Below, piece by piece: positions 44,036 through 59,038 of a DNA stretch of 64,000 bases; position 1 is the first letter of the stretch, and each line of letters begins with the position of its first letter. The translations under genes and the position numbers were made by a program. The DNA comes from Eledone cirrhosa (taxonomy: Eukaryota): NCBI GenBank assembly GCA_964016885.1, contig OZ024746.1, positions 53,630,001 through 53,694,000 on the forward strand. Direction: 5' to 3'. The notes under the pieces are model-generated. The model saw only the letters and a list, made by a program, of their open reading frames with translations, searched no databases and had not been told where the DNA came from.

Positions 44036-45712
44036 AGTTATCAAGGGAAGTTCAACGTGATATAGACTACACACTTGTCCACATATTTGTATAGAGTACA
44101 TTCACGTATGCACTAGTAAACTACATCATACGGATATTGATATATAAATCTCTCTTTCTCTCTCTAAATATATATTATAAAGTGAAATGACAGGAGGCCA
44201 AATATGTTGAATTTCCTTAATTTTTTATTACTGTAAACACTATGCACATTTCAGTGGCCAGGTTGTGTAAGAACCCGGTGACCTTACCAGGTGTAAATTG
44301 TGTAATAGATATATACCAACGGAATGATGGTAAGCTTTAAGGAAACAAGCAAAGACAAACTAAGAGGGAAAAGTGTGTCCTCTGCTTTTGACCCAGAGAC
44401 GAACGTAGCAGCATGTTGCCACATTGCTCGCTTGATATAGGTTTCGGCCAGTATCGTCCCAATTCATGTCTAACTTTGCATCATATAGCGGAGTTATTCA
44501 AATCCTGCTTTGAATAACATAATCTAATTCAGTTAACTGTTCTTGTTACCGGAGAGTTTTCAGCTTATATCAAAATTTCTTGGAGGCATTTGTCCGGGGA
44601 CCTTTTAAATTTTATGTGACTTTTGTTCTGTTTTGATGTATTATGTTATATTAGAGAGAGCAGAATAAGTTGAGGTGAAATAAATATAAGTTTAAAAGAG
44701 GAAACAGAAAGTAGTTCCAGCTGGATCCTGTCAACAAAATCCACAAAGGGTTTAAATACACAGCAAGTCTCTGATTTCAGAATGGCTAAATGTCAGCAGA
44801 AGTGCATAAAGGAGTCATGACCTGGAACCGGCATGACTCTCTTAAAGTGTAAGAAATTAAGGGCCGAAACGTTCGCATGAGTGGGAAGGGGGGTTCTCTG
44901 AAGCCCTTCTGCTCTCACTCTCTCCTGAGAGTTTCTTACCTTTTGTGTTGGATTGTTGGGGTGGGATGCGAGGTCAATTTTTGGGTAGGTACCACAGGGA
45001 CCAAGCCTTGGGTCGAGTTTAAAGTTGAAGCCAACATCCTTCAGATAACATTAATGAAATAGTTTCCACACAATACAAACATCGTAGCGCTCATGGTGGC
45101 GAAGGAATGAGTAGAATTTGTGTTTTTCTAGTCAACTCCAATAATCAAGTGCCTATCCTTTTTGTAATTCACCTCTGGCGTACTTCAATATTCATATTCA
45201 TGGATGAGAGCACAGCGAGGAATAGTATTGAAGGTGGGGCCAAGAGAGGGTAGAGAAGAGAAGAAGAATTGTCTGGGTTTACCAACCTCTAAACAATGTT
45301 TTTTGAAACAGACATAATTGTTACATCGTGCATAGAATTACGTGGGTATATTTCGCAGTTTATTGTCGGAGTAAACCCGAAATTGTACATCAATATATAC
45401 ACTCTTGACAGGTGCAATGTGTCCGAATACGGAAGAGCCGAACTCCCACCGTCATCATCCCCATCTCTCTCGCCACCCCTACCTATCTGTATAATGAGCA
45501 AATGGGGTCGCACGTGCTGGCCGCCCCACAACCCCGGCGAACAGAATGGAGAAGGTGTTTCCTCGAAGGTCTCATTCCTGGGTATGTCACTATTTATAAA
45601 ACAAACTTTGTATTTTATCCGAGGAGAGCGTACCAAAGTTTTGGTACCCTTGAAATATATATAATAGAATAAATATGGTTTTATAAATATAGTTTCCATT
45701 TATTAATATCAT

Positions 45713-45763
<51 letters not shown>

Positions 45764-46261
45764 ACTGCAAACATTCTACATTCCAATGATAATGTCTACA
45801 CCAAAAGGATGTCGAAATAGCATTTCAGCTGGAAGCCCGCAATTATGGTGCAAACTTTTAATATACCCGGCTAAATAAACATACATAAATACATGAATCG
45901 ATATCCACACACACCTATATATATGTACGCACACGCTCATATATGCATACACCCGTGTAAACCACACACACACACACACTCACATACACACACATATCTA
46001 TCTTTCTCTCTCTCTTTCTCACTCTCTCTATATATTTATATATATATATATATGTATGTAAGTATGTATGTGTGTGCGTGTGTGTGCGTGTGTGCACGTG
46101 TGCACACATGCATACACATATTTCTATATATGTACACACTGACAATTACTGATTCTCACAAACCCTCACACATTTACAGATATGCAGACAAGAGAAAGAA
46201 TACACACACACACGCACACATACATGTACGCTAAAACATACAAACACAAACACACACACAC

Positions 46262-46333
<72 letters not shown>

Positions 46334-46544
46334 TCAAACATACTCACACACACACGTACAAACATACTGACATACAAACACTCAGAAACACATCGGATAG
46401 AGTTGAAGAGCTCTAAAGAACGAAAGCTTCATCTTATTTATAGTGTAGAGCTTATTTTTCCTCCCATCCACATCCATGTATTACTGGAATTGACGTCAGA
46501 AAGTGTGGGGTGGCAGGCAGGCAGTTGATCTACGTAACTCTCAC

Positions 46545-46561
46545 CTTCCCACTTGCAGCAT
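46545..46561 (-). CDS. Candidate alternative first coding exon of the Musashi-like gene (MLQVG-R, phase 2), or end of a non-coding leader exon
   Basis: Minus strand reads ATG CTG CAA GTG GGA AG|GTGAGA, a strong donor whose phase is compatible with the 12573 acceptor. It lies downstream of a CpG-rich, GAGA- and CCAAT-containing region. Confidence 0.35.
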
Positions 46562-46699
46562 CCGGTAGGTAGGCTGGCTGTGTTAGTACATCATACATCA
46601 TACAATCGTAGTTCTTCTTAGTATTTCGTTTGGTTCTTAACTTCTGTTTAAGCTAGTTGCCTCTTACTGTTATACACATACATACACACAATCGTAGTT

Positions 46700-47200
<501 letters not shown>

Positions 47201-47209
47201 CGTAACTGT

Positions 47210-47256
<47 letters not shown>

Positions 47257-47587
47257 AAAATAATCTCCTGTGATTATTCATGTTTATTTATATGTTAATC
47301 AATCTCTAGTTATTATATAATATATATATATATATATAAATTTGTTTTGCATATATATATATGTATTTATATATATGTGTATTTATATATATATGTATTT
47401 ATATATATATGTATATATATATATATATGTATTTATATATATATGTATATATATTTATATATGTATTTATATATATATGTATATATATATATATATATGT
47501 ATTTATATATATATATGTATATATATATATGTATATATATGTATTTATATATATATGTATTTACATATATATGTATATATATATATG

Positions 47588-47638
<51 letters not shown>

Positions 47639-47895
47639 GTATTTATATATATGTATTTATATATATTGCTATACTTTGGTAGGGTCATGTTGCCAATAAG
47701 AAACACACGCACCAGTTGCTTTCACTTCAATTTATTATAAATTAAATTTATAAATTTAATTTATAATAAATTGAAGTGAAAGCAACTGGTGCGTGTGTTT
47801 CTTATTGGCAACATGACTCTCCCAAAGTATAACAATATCGGTTTCAACACACGTTTTCAGATAAAGAATCTTGCTAAACAAATTCAGAAACGAAA

Positions 47896-47963
<68 letters not shown>

Positions 47964-50809
47964 GTATATATAGATTCATTTGTTACGGGTAAGTAGTAAG
48001 ACTTGTTACTCTGGAGTTTCACGTGCGCACTCAGCGGATGTGAGTACACTTTTCACATGCCCGTCAACCACATACGGATATATATAGTGCTGAAAGGTGA
48101 AGGTCCTCTCTTTCGCTACGAGTTAGAAATCCTTTAAGCATCTGAATAATCCTGAACTAGAAAATTGGAATGGAACCAGCATTGACCCCTTTTCCAACGC
48201 TCTGTGTGGATTCTCTGTACATAATTGTCATTTTGCAGTATTGGTGAGTTTTGTGGGTGGGATATTTAGTTAGTTAGATCTGTGAATCTTAAAGGGCTTT
48301 GACGGAACCTTCCGTCTGGTCCAGTGTTACCATTACGGTTAACTAAGCTGCTAGCTAGGGCACAGACACCAGACAAAAAAATATAAATTGAAATGAAGAC
48401 TAAGAAAAATCAAATTGAAATTTACCGATTTCATGTCTTAATTTTGAACGCTTTTGCTGTCCCTGCCGTGATTTTTAGTGCCTGCTTGTACCGCAAGTGC
48501 AAGGAGGAGGACTTATTTCCAGGCCAAGCTTTGTAAGTCTCTTTGGCTTGGAAATAAGTCCTTCTTCTTGAAGGAGGACATATTTCCAAGTTTTGAAGCT
48601 TGGATACAATTGCTTCTGACAGGACCTGCTAGAGGGAGTGTTTGAGGACTCTTCTCCCACGATCGTCTCAGGAATATTAGAGCGAAGAAGAAGTTGATTG
48701 CATCTGTGCAGGTTTAGCTGGTCTTCTATAAGGCTGAATGACCTAGGAGGTTTCTGACTGAATTAATGTTAGGGATCACAAATGATATGAAAAACGACGT
48801 GAAATGAAATGTTTTGCTCCAGAACCCAACATGCCGTAAACTCCAGGAATCAAACCAATAAACTTATGTTCGTGAGATCAAGACCCTAACCACAAAGGTA
48901 CGCACCCCAAGAAAGTGTATTATTAAACATTAAGAGATCACAGGTTTAAAAGGATTTGCATAAACACATAGATATATCACTAAACACTACTAAACATCTT
49001 TAACATGTAGCATCTTTGAGGAAACATTCCAAGCAGTGGGGAGAGTTGCATATCGTTACGATTTGTCACATGATTCGGCGTGGGTGAATGTGAACTGTGT
49101 CGTGGAAAATGCAGGCTTAGTAATTTTCTTAGTGTGATGTCAAGAAGAATAAAAAATTATGTTCGTAAGATAACCAAAGAGTAAGTTACTTTATTTGGGA
49201 AAATGGGGCGTGTAGATGCTAGAAAAGTGGTACATATAGTAGAACTAGCATAGGGTGCTATATATCCAAAATCTTGTGGTGTATAATCCCGTTGTGCCAC
49301 AATTCCAACTGTATGGACTATACTGTATTTCATTAGAAATGTAGTCATGTAGAAACAGCTACTAATTTAGCAACTTAAATGACAAGTAAGAGTCAGTGAA
49401 CATATCTGTGTTAGGACTAGATACTGTGAAATGTTTATATGTCTATACATAATGATGTTTATGTCTATAAATTACAGAATAATCAAAACTATGTTCAAAA
49501 CATTTTATTGCTGACTTTGGAATCATCGGAGCACTAGCAAAGTTTAGACATATACTTAACCTCCTATTCCACAGAACAATCGTAAAGATACGTAGATGTT
49601 ACTGTTCTCATTAACAGTGTCATATTTAAAGAGTGAAGATGATGTGGTCAGTATCAGTGGATGTGACAAAGATTATAAAAGAATAATACAACAATTATAG
49701 AGGAAAGTTACTCGCAAAACGAGGACATGAACAGTACATATGTAAACGTATAGAAAGAGTACAGAGGTATTAGGCATGTACAGAATAACCAGGTAAGAAA
49801 CAAGTAATGGTACTAAGCATATATATCACAGTATGGCAAAGGTATCACATAATACAATACAGGTATAACAGCATATTAAGCAGACAGAGATGTGTGGGTA
49901 TGAAAAGCAGTTTCTATGAAGTTTATGGTGGATGCAATGTGATAATTGTTCCGGTAATATTTAAATGTGCATGTGTTGTGATACATAATGATGTTTATAT
50001 GTCTATACATAAACAGACTCATTAACTGCTTAATGAACACAACCACAAGGATATGGTCCGAACGTGGAAGAGCCAAACTCTCACTGTCATTGCCTTCATC
50101 TCTCTCGTCCTCCACATCTCTCTGTATGGTGAGCAAATAGGGTCCCACTTGCTGGCCTCCCCACAGCCCCAGCAGATAGAATAGAGAAGTCAAGTTAGTT
50201 ACATATTTAGATTGTAACTTAATGGAATCTAATGTGTTGTTAAGTCTTAAAATATAATTTTGTGATATCATTGTTACCAGGTAACATTGCTTTCCTAAAG
50301 ATATTTCGTTTCGTCTGATTGTGCGAAAATATTTATTGTTAAAAATTGTTTCAGATTTTTTTTTATTTTAAAAACAAATCAATTTTCTTTGAAATACATG
50401 AATAATGTCATAATGACTCGAACAATAACAACAACAACGATAATGATAATAATAATTATAATAATCATAAGATAGTGATAAAAGAACGAAAAAGAACAAA
50501 GGTGGGAAAAAAACAGAGAGGAGGGAAACTCTACGGCCCTGGCTGGATTGTATTTCATAGCTGTACCCTGCGAAGGTGAGTTAGCAAAATCATTGCCACA
50601 GAGAGCAACCACTAATATCCGGGGTTTCAGCAATTGCGCTTAGTGGAGCACATTCCTCAGCCGAGGGGCCCTCCTCTAAAATTGGCGGAGGAAAATAGCT
50701 ATCCGGGAATCAAAGATACGAGAGGATGTTTCACAAAAACTTGTTTGCGCCTACACACGCACTCTCGCGCGCATATATATGCAGTGTTAACATCATATTT
50801 AATATAGAA

Positions 50810-50890
50810 ATGGCTGCTACAGGACTAGAACTGTTTCATTCAAAAGATGATTTCTTTTGAATGAAACAGTTCTAGTCCTGTAGAAGCCAT
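50810..50890. mobile_element. Family B fold-back element (38-bp inverted arms centred on hammerhead stem II)
   Basis: ATGGCTGCTACAGGACTAGAACTGTTTCATTCAAAAGA-TGATT-TCTTTTGAATGAAACAGTTCTAGTCCTGTAGAAGCCAT. Confidence 0.75.
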
Positions 50891-50918
50891 CTCTCTCTCT
50901 CTCTCTTTCTCTTTCTCT

Positions 50919-50968
<50 letters not shown>

Positions 50969-51130
50969 GGCACTTCTGTCTACATTTTCCCCTCTCTAAA
51001 AGTAAATTATTCGATCTTTTCAATTATTATTTATAATGATAAACTATTATTACACTCATTTTCTGTGTTTAGGTGGTTCAAATTTCAATTTCTCCTAACG
51101 TTCCGTAAAAGTTTATTTATAATTATATAA

Positions 51131-51227
<97 letters not shown>

Positions 51228-51522
51228 ACGCAAGTGTCATGTGGAAACAACTTTCTGCCAGATTTGTTTTGGAATTGGTAATCTAATATTTTCTACCTAC
51301 TTCTTTTTTTTCGCTCAACGTTGGTCAGTAGTCAAACAACATCTGTAGCTACATATGTATCTATCTCTGGATAATAACTACAACAGCATCAATCCATCTA
51401 TCTACCTCCTGTCTAGCTATCTATCTATCTAATAAATAAATAATGAATAAATAAATAAAGAAAGATATCTATCTATCTACCCGCCTGTCTGTTTGTCTGC
51501 CTATCTATCTATCTGCCTATCT

Positions 51523-52025
51523 ATCAAACCGCCACCCTCCTTCAAAAATGAGGGAGAGGCGGTTTTCCTATGTGTTATGGCTATGGTGAAAGAGGTTGTA
51601 TGGCGGACGAGGTTAAAAGGGCTGAGGTCAGAGAGCTTTCTCTCCGGCGAGCAACTCATTTGTTTTTTCAAATATCATTTTGGAAGAAGAATCAGGATGG
51701 AGGAAGAGGTGCTGAACCCCAGCAAATTTTATAAAAGGTGTGTGAATGTGGCAAAGATGGCCCGAGTGGTTGGGCCTTCTATATAAGCCTGTAGGTTGAG
51801 GAAAAAGAGGAAGAGAGGAAGGGAGTACTCACTCTTGGTGCTCCTGGAGATGAAGGCTGTACATTTTTTCGGGGTGTGTACAACCCCTGTGTAACGCCTC
51901 CCCCCTATTGGGGATATCAATTGTTATTTGTTATTTTATTAATAGTTTTATTTTCATATACCTGTATGTAAACTCCCCATTTGTATTTGTCTCCTTCTTT
52001 TGTGCCCTTGTGGCTAATAAAGAAA
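51523..52025 (+). mobile_element. Short 5'-truncated copy of the same Tx1 family, in a TATC tract
   Basis: IKPPPSFKNEGEAVFLCVMAMVKEVVW... matches the C-terminus of the 57806-59038 ORF. It ends GTGGCTAATAAAGAAA and has TATC-type repeats on both sides. Confidence 0.9.
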
Positions 52026-52146
52026 TTTATCTGCCTATCTATCTATCTGTGTCTGTATGTCTACGTATCAACCTACCTATATATATATTTATTTATCGAT
52101 CAATCTATCTCTATTTATCTCCTAACCTAACTGCCTATCTGTCTGC

Positions 52147-52236
<90 letters not shown>

Positions 52237-52722
52237 CTATCAGCCTATTTTCCTTTTTATCCGCCTGTCAATCTATAGTTATCTATTTATGCATTTTTGT
52301 ACAAGAACAACAAATACAATTAAACATTTAATCAAAAATAGATAGATAGTTTGCTAAACAGACATACAGGTAAACCCACAGGTAGAACAATGACATCGAA
52401 ATTCAGTGGATATAGTTTTGGTAATGATTAAAGAAATCACTGAAAAAATTATTCTAATTGTTTTAAATGAATACCTGTTTGTTTTACGTTCTGCAATTTA
52501 GTGGATAGAGAAAAAGGTGAACGATTAAATAAGTATTGTGGTTAACACAATCGACATAAAACAAGTCAGTCTGCTAACATAGCCACAGTGTAGTGACTGG
52601 AACCACTAAAAGAGCAAACCCCACAGTTCTGAAATTCATATTCGAGAGCCTTAACTAAGTGGGCATTTTGTTAGCACGCACACACACACAGACACACGTA
52701 TATATAATAGTTATGTGATTAC

Positions 52723-52762
<40 letters not shown>

Positions 52763-53686
52763 AGACATCGTTGTATATACATACACACATACAGATACAC
52801 AAATGCGCATACACGTCCACATTACAAACACATCATATGCTTATATCAAACTGTGCAGCTAGACAACCTTGAAATTATGAGATAATAATAACAATGATAA
52901 TAACAGCAATAAAAATAACAATAATAGCATTGAAGATGATGATGGTGATAATAATAGGATTGTAAGTAAGATGACAATGGTGATGATGGTAACAATAGCA
53001 ACAGGGGCAATAACTATGTACGTAATAATAATAATAATAATAATAATAATGATAGCATTAGCAGTAGTAGTAGCATCATCATCTGCAGCAGCAGAAATAG
53101 CAGCATCCGTAGTTGTAGTAGTGGTATTAGTAGTAGTAGTAGTAGTAGTCGTAGTAGTATGCAAAAATGCAATAGTTATGTAAATACAGAAGATAAAAGA
53201 CGGGTAAGCAGTCAGTCAGTAGAGGAATTATATTTAACCTTCAGTGCGTCTGGTTAAGAACCATTAACAAGAAACGTATGTATGCATCTATAGGTTATAT
53301 ATATCTCACTCTTACTACACACACACACACACATGCAGAGACACATATAGATATGTTGTGTCTTATTTAAGTAACCATTAACAATGAGAAAATATGCCAG
53401 TTTCAAAGAGAGAGAGAGAGATTGAGAGCGACAGAGAGAGTGTATGTGAAGGTGCGTGTGTGTGTGTGTGTGTGATGGTGTGTATATGTGAGTGTGTGTG
53501 TGTGTGTGTGTGTATGTGTGTGTGTGTGCAATGTGGAAATTATAAATACATCTAGAAATCTAAAAATATCAACAAACGTCTATTAGGTATGGCAGAACAT
53601 ATGTGCAGCATGCTATAGGTGTGTGTGTATATATATATATATGCAGACAGACACACATATACATATATATTTACATTTCTCTCTCT

Positions 53687-53774
<88 letters not shown>

Positions 53775-53776
<2 letters not shown>

Positions 53777-53967
53777 CGAAGGAGTTGTGGTAAGGAACCA
53801 GATAGACCTAACGCACCAGAATACTCAATACTTAGGGTAGTAAAGTGGGTAATAGGAAAATGAATGACCCCGACGGCAGAGCTCAAACCGTTTCAACGGC
53901 TATTTCTGGACAGAAAAAGCCGTCGAAACGGTTTCAGCTCTGCCGTCGGGGTCATACATTTTCCTAT
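53775..53967 (-). mobile_element. Family A fold-back element in (TA)n
   Basis: Same tail (AACGAAGGAGTTGTGGTAAGGAACCAG...) and inverted arms at 53852-53967 as the 42088 copy. Confidence 0.8.
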
Positions 53968-54034
53968 ATATATATGCATATATATATATATCTGTATGTA
54001 TACGCACACGCACGCACACGCACACACGCACACG

Positions 54035-54186
<152 letters not shown>

Positions 54187-55156
54187 CGACGGCCTTCGCC
54201 TGGCAATAAATTGGTCGACCGAGGCTAAAGTAAAGAAATACTCGCGTGCAAGTTGCCATGCAATGGGATCGAAACCGAAGGCAAACTTTGTAACCACGAG
54301 TTGCCTTCTCTCGTGTGTATTTAGATAAACACGTCAATGCACATATGTATGCAGAAACATATATAGAAACTATTAGATTGTCGTTTAATATCATCTCATG
54401 CTGCTCTAGTACACTCAGCTGAAAATGAGTACCAGTTGTATTTGAGGGTTTAACACAATGATCGAATGCTGTCCTATGCAAGGTGGACTCTTTACTCACA
54501 ATCGCTTCACGCCATACAAACCGAGATATGCATCTTTTGATGACTTTTGCATTGTACATCTTGCAAGGTGCCCCCAAATTCATTGTCCTCACTATGCAGA
54601 ATTAGTGGAGTTACCGGTTTCGTAGCCGACGACTTGGCCATAGGATAAGTTGTAATTGTAATTGGTTTGATTTTACTAGTAGCGGTTAATGTTCACTGTA
54701 AAGACATCCTACTCATCAGCTATCGACTGAAGATGACAACCATTTCGGCTACTTTCGACAATACCCTTCTCTACTTTTGTTGTGTTGAGCAGGTTCTTTT
54801 TGTTCCCATTGTCGAGCGGTCGATGGAACACTTTGGTCCAAAATCTGAAATTTGTATAAGAAATGTAGTAAAATTTGTATAAGAAATGCAATAAAATACA
54901 ATTTGATTATAGACCATTCTGATTAATATATAATTAATCTTATTGTCTCATTCTCTGTCCCTAACGCATACGTTATCTATGTGTGTGTGTATACATATAT
55001 ACACACGTGTGTGTGTGTGTGTGTGCGTGTCAGAGGGTGTGTGTTTGTGTAGATATATTTTGTCTACTGATTTATATACTTTTTTCTAGATGTATGAAGA
55101 ATTGTGCAAGGGATACACGAAGGGGTTGATTGTCAAAACTTTTCGGGGATTCTGTA

Positions 55157-55193
<37 letters not shown>

Positions 55194-55491
55194 ATAACTA
55201 ACAAATAGTTATCGCTCTACATGGCTGAATACAATAAATGTCATCTCAGTTTTTTTCGAATATCAAGAATGAGGGGCTCATTCTACTGACATGGCTTAAG
55301 AGAGGTTGTTTGCATAATTGCAAACGAATGGAATATTATTATTAATATTAGAAAAACTCATATTACATTTATATATATATATATATATATAGGGGTTAAG
55401 GTGCAAGTTAATTGTGTCCATAGATGGTATGCCAAATAAACACTCGATGCTCTTGGGGAGCAAACTCTCAGACGCGAGTCTACCTTTTAAA

Positions 55492-55583
55492 ACATATCTG
55501 AGGAGCTTCCGATTTCAGAATCAGGTTCGATCATTAATAGATCGTTTCTCGAGCTGATCGACAGTGAAACGTATGTAATATGT
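55492..55583 (+). ncRNA. Type I hammerhead ribozyme motif, core intact, with extended stem II
   Basis: Stem I ACATAT/ATATGT; CTGAGGA at 55498-504; ~60-nt stem II (GCT..AGT, CGAT..ATCG, CAG..CTG, CGATC..GATCG); GAAA at 55566-69; near-palindromic stem III ACGTATGT; GUA site at 55575-77. Confidence 0.7.
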
Positions 55584-55635
55584 AATTAAATAAGTATATG
55601 ATGCAACGCTGATTGTTTGTTCCTTTACATATTGA

Positions 55636-55671
<36 letters not shown>

Positions 55672-55676
<5 letters not shown>

Positions 55677-55881
55677 AACAAGTAAGATCCCGACGGCAGA
55701 GCTCAAGCTGCTTCGACGGCAAATTCTGGACGTCCAGAAAAGCGTCCAGAATTAGCTGTCGAAACGGTTTGAGCTCTGCCGTCGGGGTCTTATTTGTTCC
55801 TATTACCCACTCTACTACCCTAAGTATTGAGTACTTTGGTGCGTTATGGTCCATCTGGTTCCTTACCACATTTCCTTCGTT
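55672..55881 (+). mobile_element. Family A fold-back element in (TA)n, opposite orientation
   Basis: Inverted arms with GAAACGGTTTGAGCTCTGCCGTC; tail ...TATTGAGTACTTTGGTGCG...CCTTCGTT then (AT)n. Confidence 0.8.
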
Positions 55882-55909
55882 ATATATATATATATATAAA
55901 ACGAAGGAA

Positions 55910-55940
<31 letters not shown>

Positions 55941-55974
55941 AACCTCACCCGGATTATTGCACACACACAAACAC

Positions 55975-56149
<175 letters not shown>

Positions 56150-56399
56150 ACACATACACACACACACACACACACGGCTATTATGGGAGTCGAACAACAA
56201 GTACATGAACTAACACATCATCCTCTATCAAAGCCAGGAAGTAGAGTATAATCATAAAAGTAAAGTCTCTATCATATCTAAGAAGTCTTTACCAGTTTCA
56301 TCTGTTTAATAGGAAGCTACTATGAAAAACCAAAAAGTATTGTTGGACAGTGGGAGGAGGGATAACCGCTTTACATCTGGCCTTCCTGCTATGTTACTA

Positions 56400-59038
56400 C
56401 GTCACGGAGCGGTTGACGGGCGCCATCGTCAACAGCAGGTGGTGGGGATCTCTCAAAAGAGAGATTAGAGTAGTCTCTATAGAATTTAGTAAGGAGTTAG
56501 CCTCCAATAGAAATAGGAAGGAAAGGGAGTTGGTAGATAGTGTAGAAGAGGCAATTAGAAGCGGCGACGTGGCCAGAGTGCTAGCGTCGAGAACGGCCCT
56601 GGGCCAGTTCTTCGACGCGAAACACGAAGGCTGCATCGTCCGAAGCAAAATACGTGCTCTGGGAAACGAGGGGACCAAAGCTGTTAGCTGGGCCCGCGTG
56701 ACAGAAGCCAAAAGAGGGAGCAGATCCACTATCCGGTTTTTGCGAGACCAGGATGGACGGGTGATCCTTGAACCTAAGCAGATGTGCGAGGCTTTTCAAA
56801 AGCACTTTGCCGAATTATTCGGAAGGGGCGGGGGGCCGGTTGGGGACGTGGACTTCGGTCCATACCTCGACGGCCTGCCGCGTCTCTCGGACAGGGAGGC
56901 GAAGTCCTGCGAGGAGCCGATTTCAGCCGCTGAGATAGAGGACGTGCTGAGCCAATGCGGCAAACGCAAATCCCCGGGTCTCGATGGTCTTCCATACGAA
57001 CTATATCTAGCTATGCCGGACTTGTTCCCCGAACTCCTCGAGGCGGTCTACTGCAACTGGCGACAGAACGGGAGAATTCCCTGTGCTGTGACCAAGGGCA
57101 TAGTCACGCTAGTGAGGAAGGACGAGAACAAGGGGGACGATATAAATAATTTCAGGCCCATAACTCTGCTAAATACAGAGTTACAGATTTTGGCCAAGGT
57201 GCTAGCAAAGAGGTTGGCGCTTGTCGTGGGCAACCTGGTGGGAGATGCGCAGACATGTGCTATCCCGTCCAGGTCCATCCACGATAACCTCCACCTCATG
57301 CGATACATCATAGAGAGGGTTGGGAACGAACCCGGCTTTGGTGGGGCCCTGATCAACTTGGATCAATCTAAGGCATTCGATAGGGTCGACCATGGTTACC
57401 TGGATGCGGTGCTAGCGGCGGCAGGCTTCGGACCCGTTTTCAGGGGCTGGATCAATGCCATGCACAGCAGCCGCACCTGCTCTAGGGTCAAGGTGAACGG
57501 CTACCTCTCGGAGCCGTTCGAAATCGCGCGGTCCATCCGACAGGGGTGCCCTCTCTCCTCCCTTCTGTATGTAGTGACTCTAGAGCCACTGCTGCGGAAG
57601 TTGGAGTTGTTGCAGGGCATCCCGTTGGAACCGGGATTGCGGAAAGCGGTGTCAGCCTACGCCGATGACGTAACAGTAATGGTGTGGACGGCCTCGGAAA
57701 TCGGGGCGATCGGCACCTTACTGGAGGAGTACGAAAGGTTTACAGGGGCTAAGCTGAACCGGGACAAGTCGATCGGTCTGCAACTCGGCACGTGGGGGCA
57801 GATCGATGCCCTCCGATGGCGTCGTCGGGCGCTGGACGGAGGGCCCGGTGAAATTGCTCGGGGTCTGGTTCGGACCAGACCTCCAGGTGGAGAAGAACTG
57901 GGGTGAGGTGACGAGCAGGGTGTTTGCACTGACCCAGAAGTGGGCCGAGTGCAAACTGTCCCTGAAAGGTCGGGCGGAGGTGGCGAACACTTATATAGCG
58001 TCCGTCATCTACTACCGCCTGACCGTGGTGCCTTGCCCAAGGGAAACGCTTGCCAAAATGGAGCGCGCACTTTTCCAATTCCTTTGGAAGAAGCGGGCTC
58101 CTATGGTGAGGAGATCCATCTGCTGTCAACACCCTTCGAAAGGAGGGCTGGGGATGCCGTGGCTGATGATACGTAAACACGCATTAAGGCTACGGCACCT
58201 TCAGGTATTCCTCTCCGGTCAACCGGTGTGGGCCCCGTTTGTGAGGCGAGCCTTTCCCAGACTCGTCTCACTCACCGAGCTGCAATCCTGGGTCAAGCAA
58301 AGACCGAGAAAACTGGGCGCCTGGCACACCGAGTGTGCCCAGGCGCTCACGGCTCTCTGGCAGGCGGACCCGGCTATCAGTGGAGAATCCACCTCGTCAT
58401 TCTATAGAGGGCTGGTGGTTAGCAGGTGCGACGACGCCCTCGGAGAAGCCCTAGGCATGGAGGAAGACGAACTGGCCAACCTGTTCGGTAGGACATTCAG
58501 CCCGGGACCCATGGATAACTTCCAGAGGTCCCTGGCCTGGCAATGCTACAGAAGGGCTCTGCCCGTTCGAGAAAGGCTCTACAGACACGGGCGCCCGGGT
58601 AGGGACCCATCGAAAAAGGTCTGTCCCAGATGCGTGTGCGACGAGGAAACCGTTGCACACGCATTGGTACACTGCTCGGGCATTGCCGATCTGTGGGGCT
58701 ATGTCGAACAACTGCTGTCAAGGGTGGGACCGATCCGGTTGACCACCGAGTCTATTGTAACGATCAAGCCACCTCCCCTCTTCAAAAACGAAGGAGAGGC
58801 GGTGTTTCTGTGCGTAATAGCCATGGCGAAAGAGGTTGTATGGTGGACGCGTCTGAAAGGACTGAGGTCAGACACCTTTCTCTCTGGCCAACAACTGGTC
58901 CGTTTCTTCCGATATCATTTCGGAAGAAGGATCAGGATGGAGAGAGAGGTGCTGCACCCCAGCCGTTTCTATGAAAGATGGGTGAAAGTGGCGAGAATGG
59001 CCCGTGTGAATGGGCCTTCACTCTACATCAGACTATAG
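56400..59038 (+). pseudogene. Tx1 ORF2 (reverse transcriptase plus zinc-binding C-terminus), frameshifted, endonuclease domain missing
   Basis: ORFs 56350-57906 and 57806-59038 join at LGTW(R)G..MPSDGVVGRW. The first ~17 codons of the listed ORF are flanking DNA. Confidence 0.9.

Noticed and set aside
44700-45290. Possible Penelope RT or pLTR debris (FVLCGNYF; GGCCGAAACGTT)
   Set aside because: Too degenerate, with no CUGANGA core and no continuous frame.
50610-50665. Minus-strand CTGAGGA...GAAA hammerhead candidate
   Set aside because: Stem III closing pair is mismatched and there is no credible stem I.
56350-56399. N-terminus of the listed 518-aa ORF as a true start
   Set aside because: Similarity to copy 2 begins only at about 56400. 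The upstream codons are flanking DNA read through a 5' truncation.
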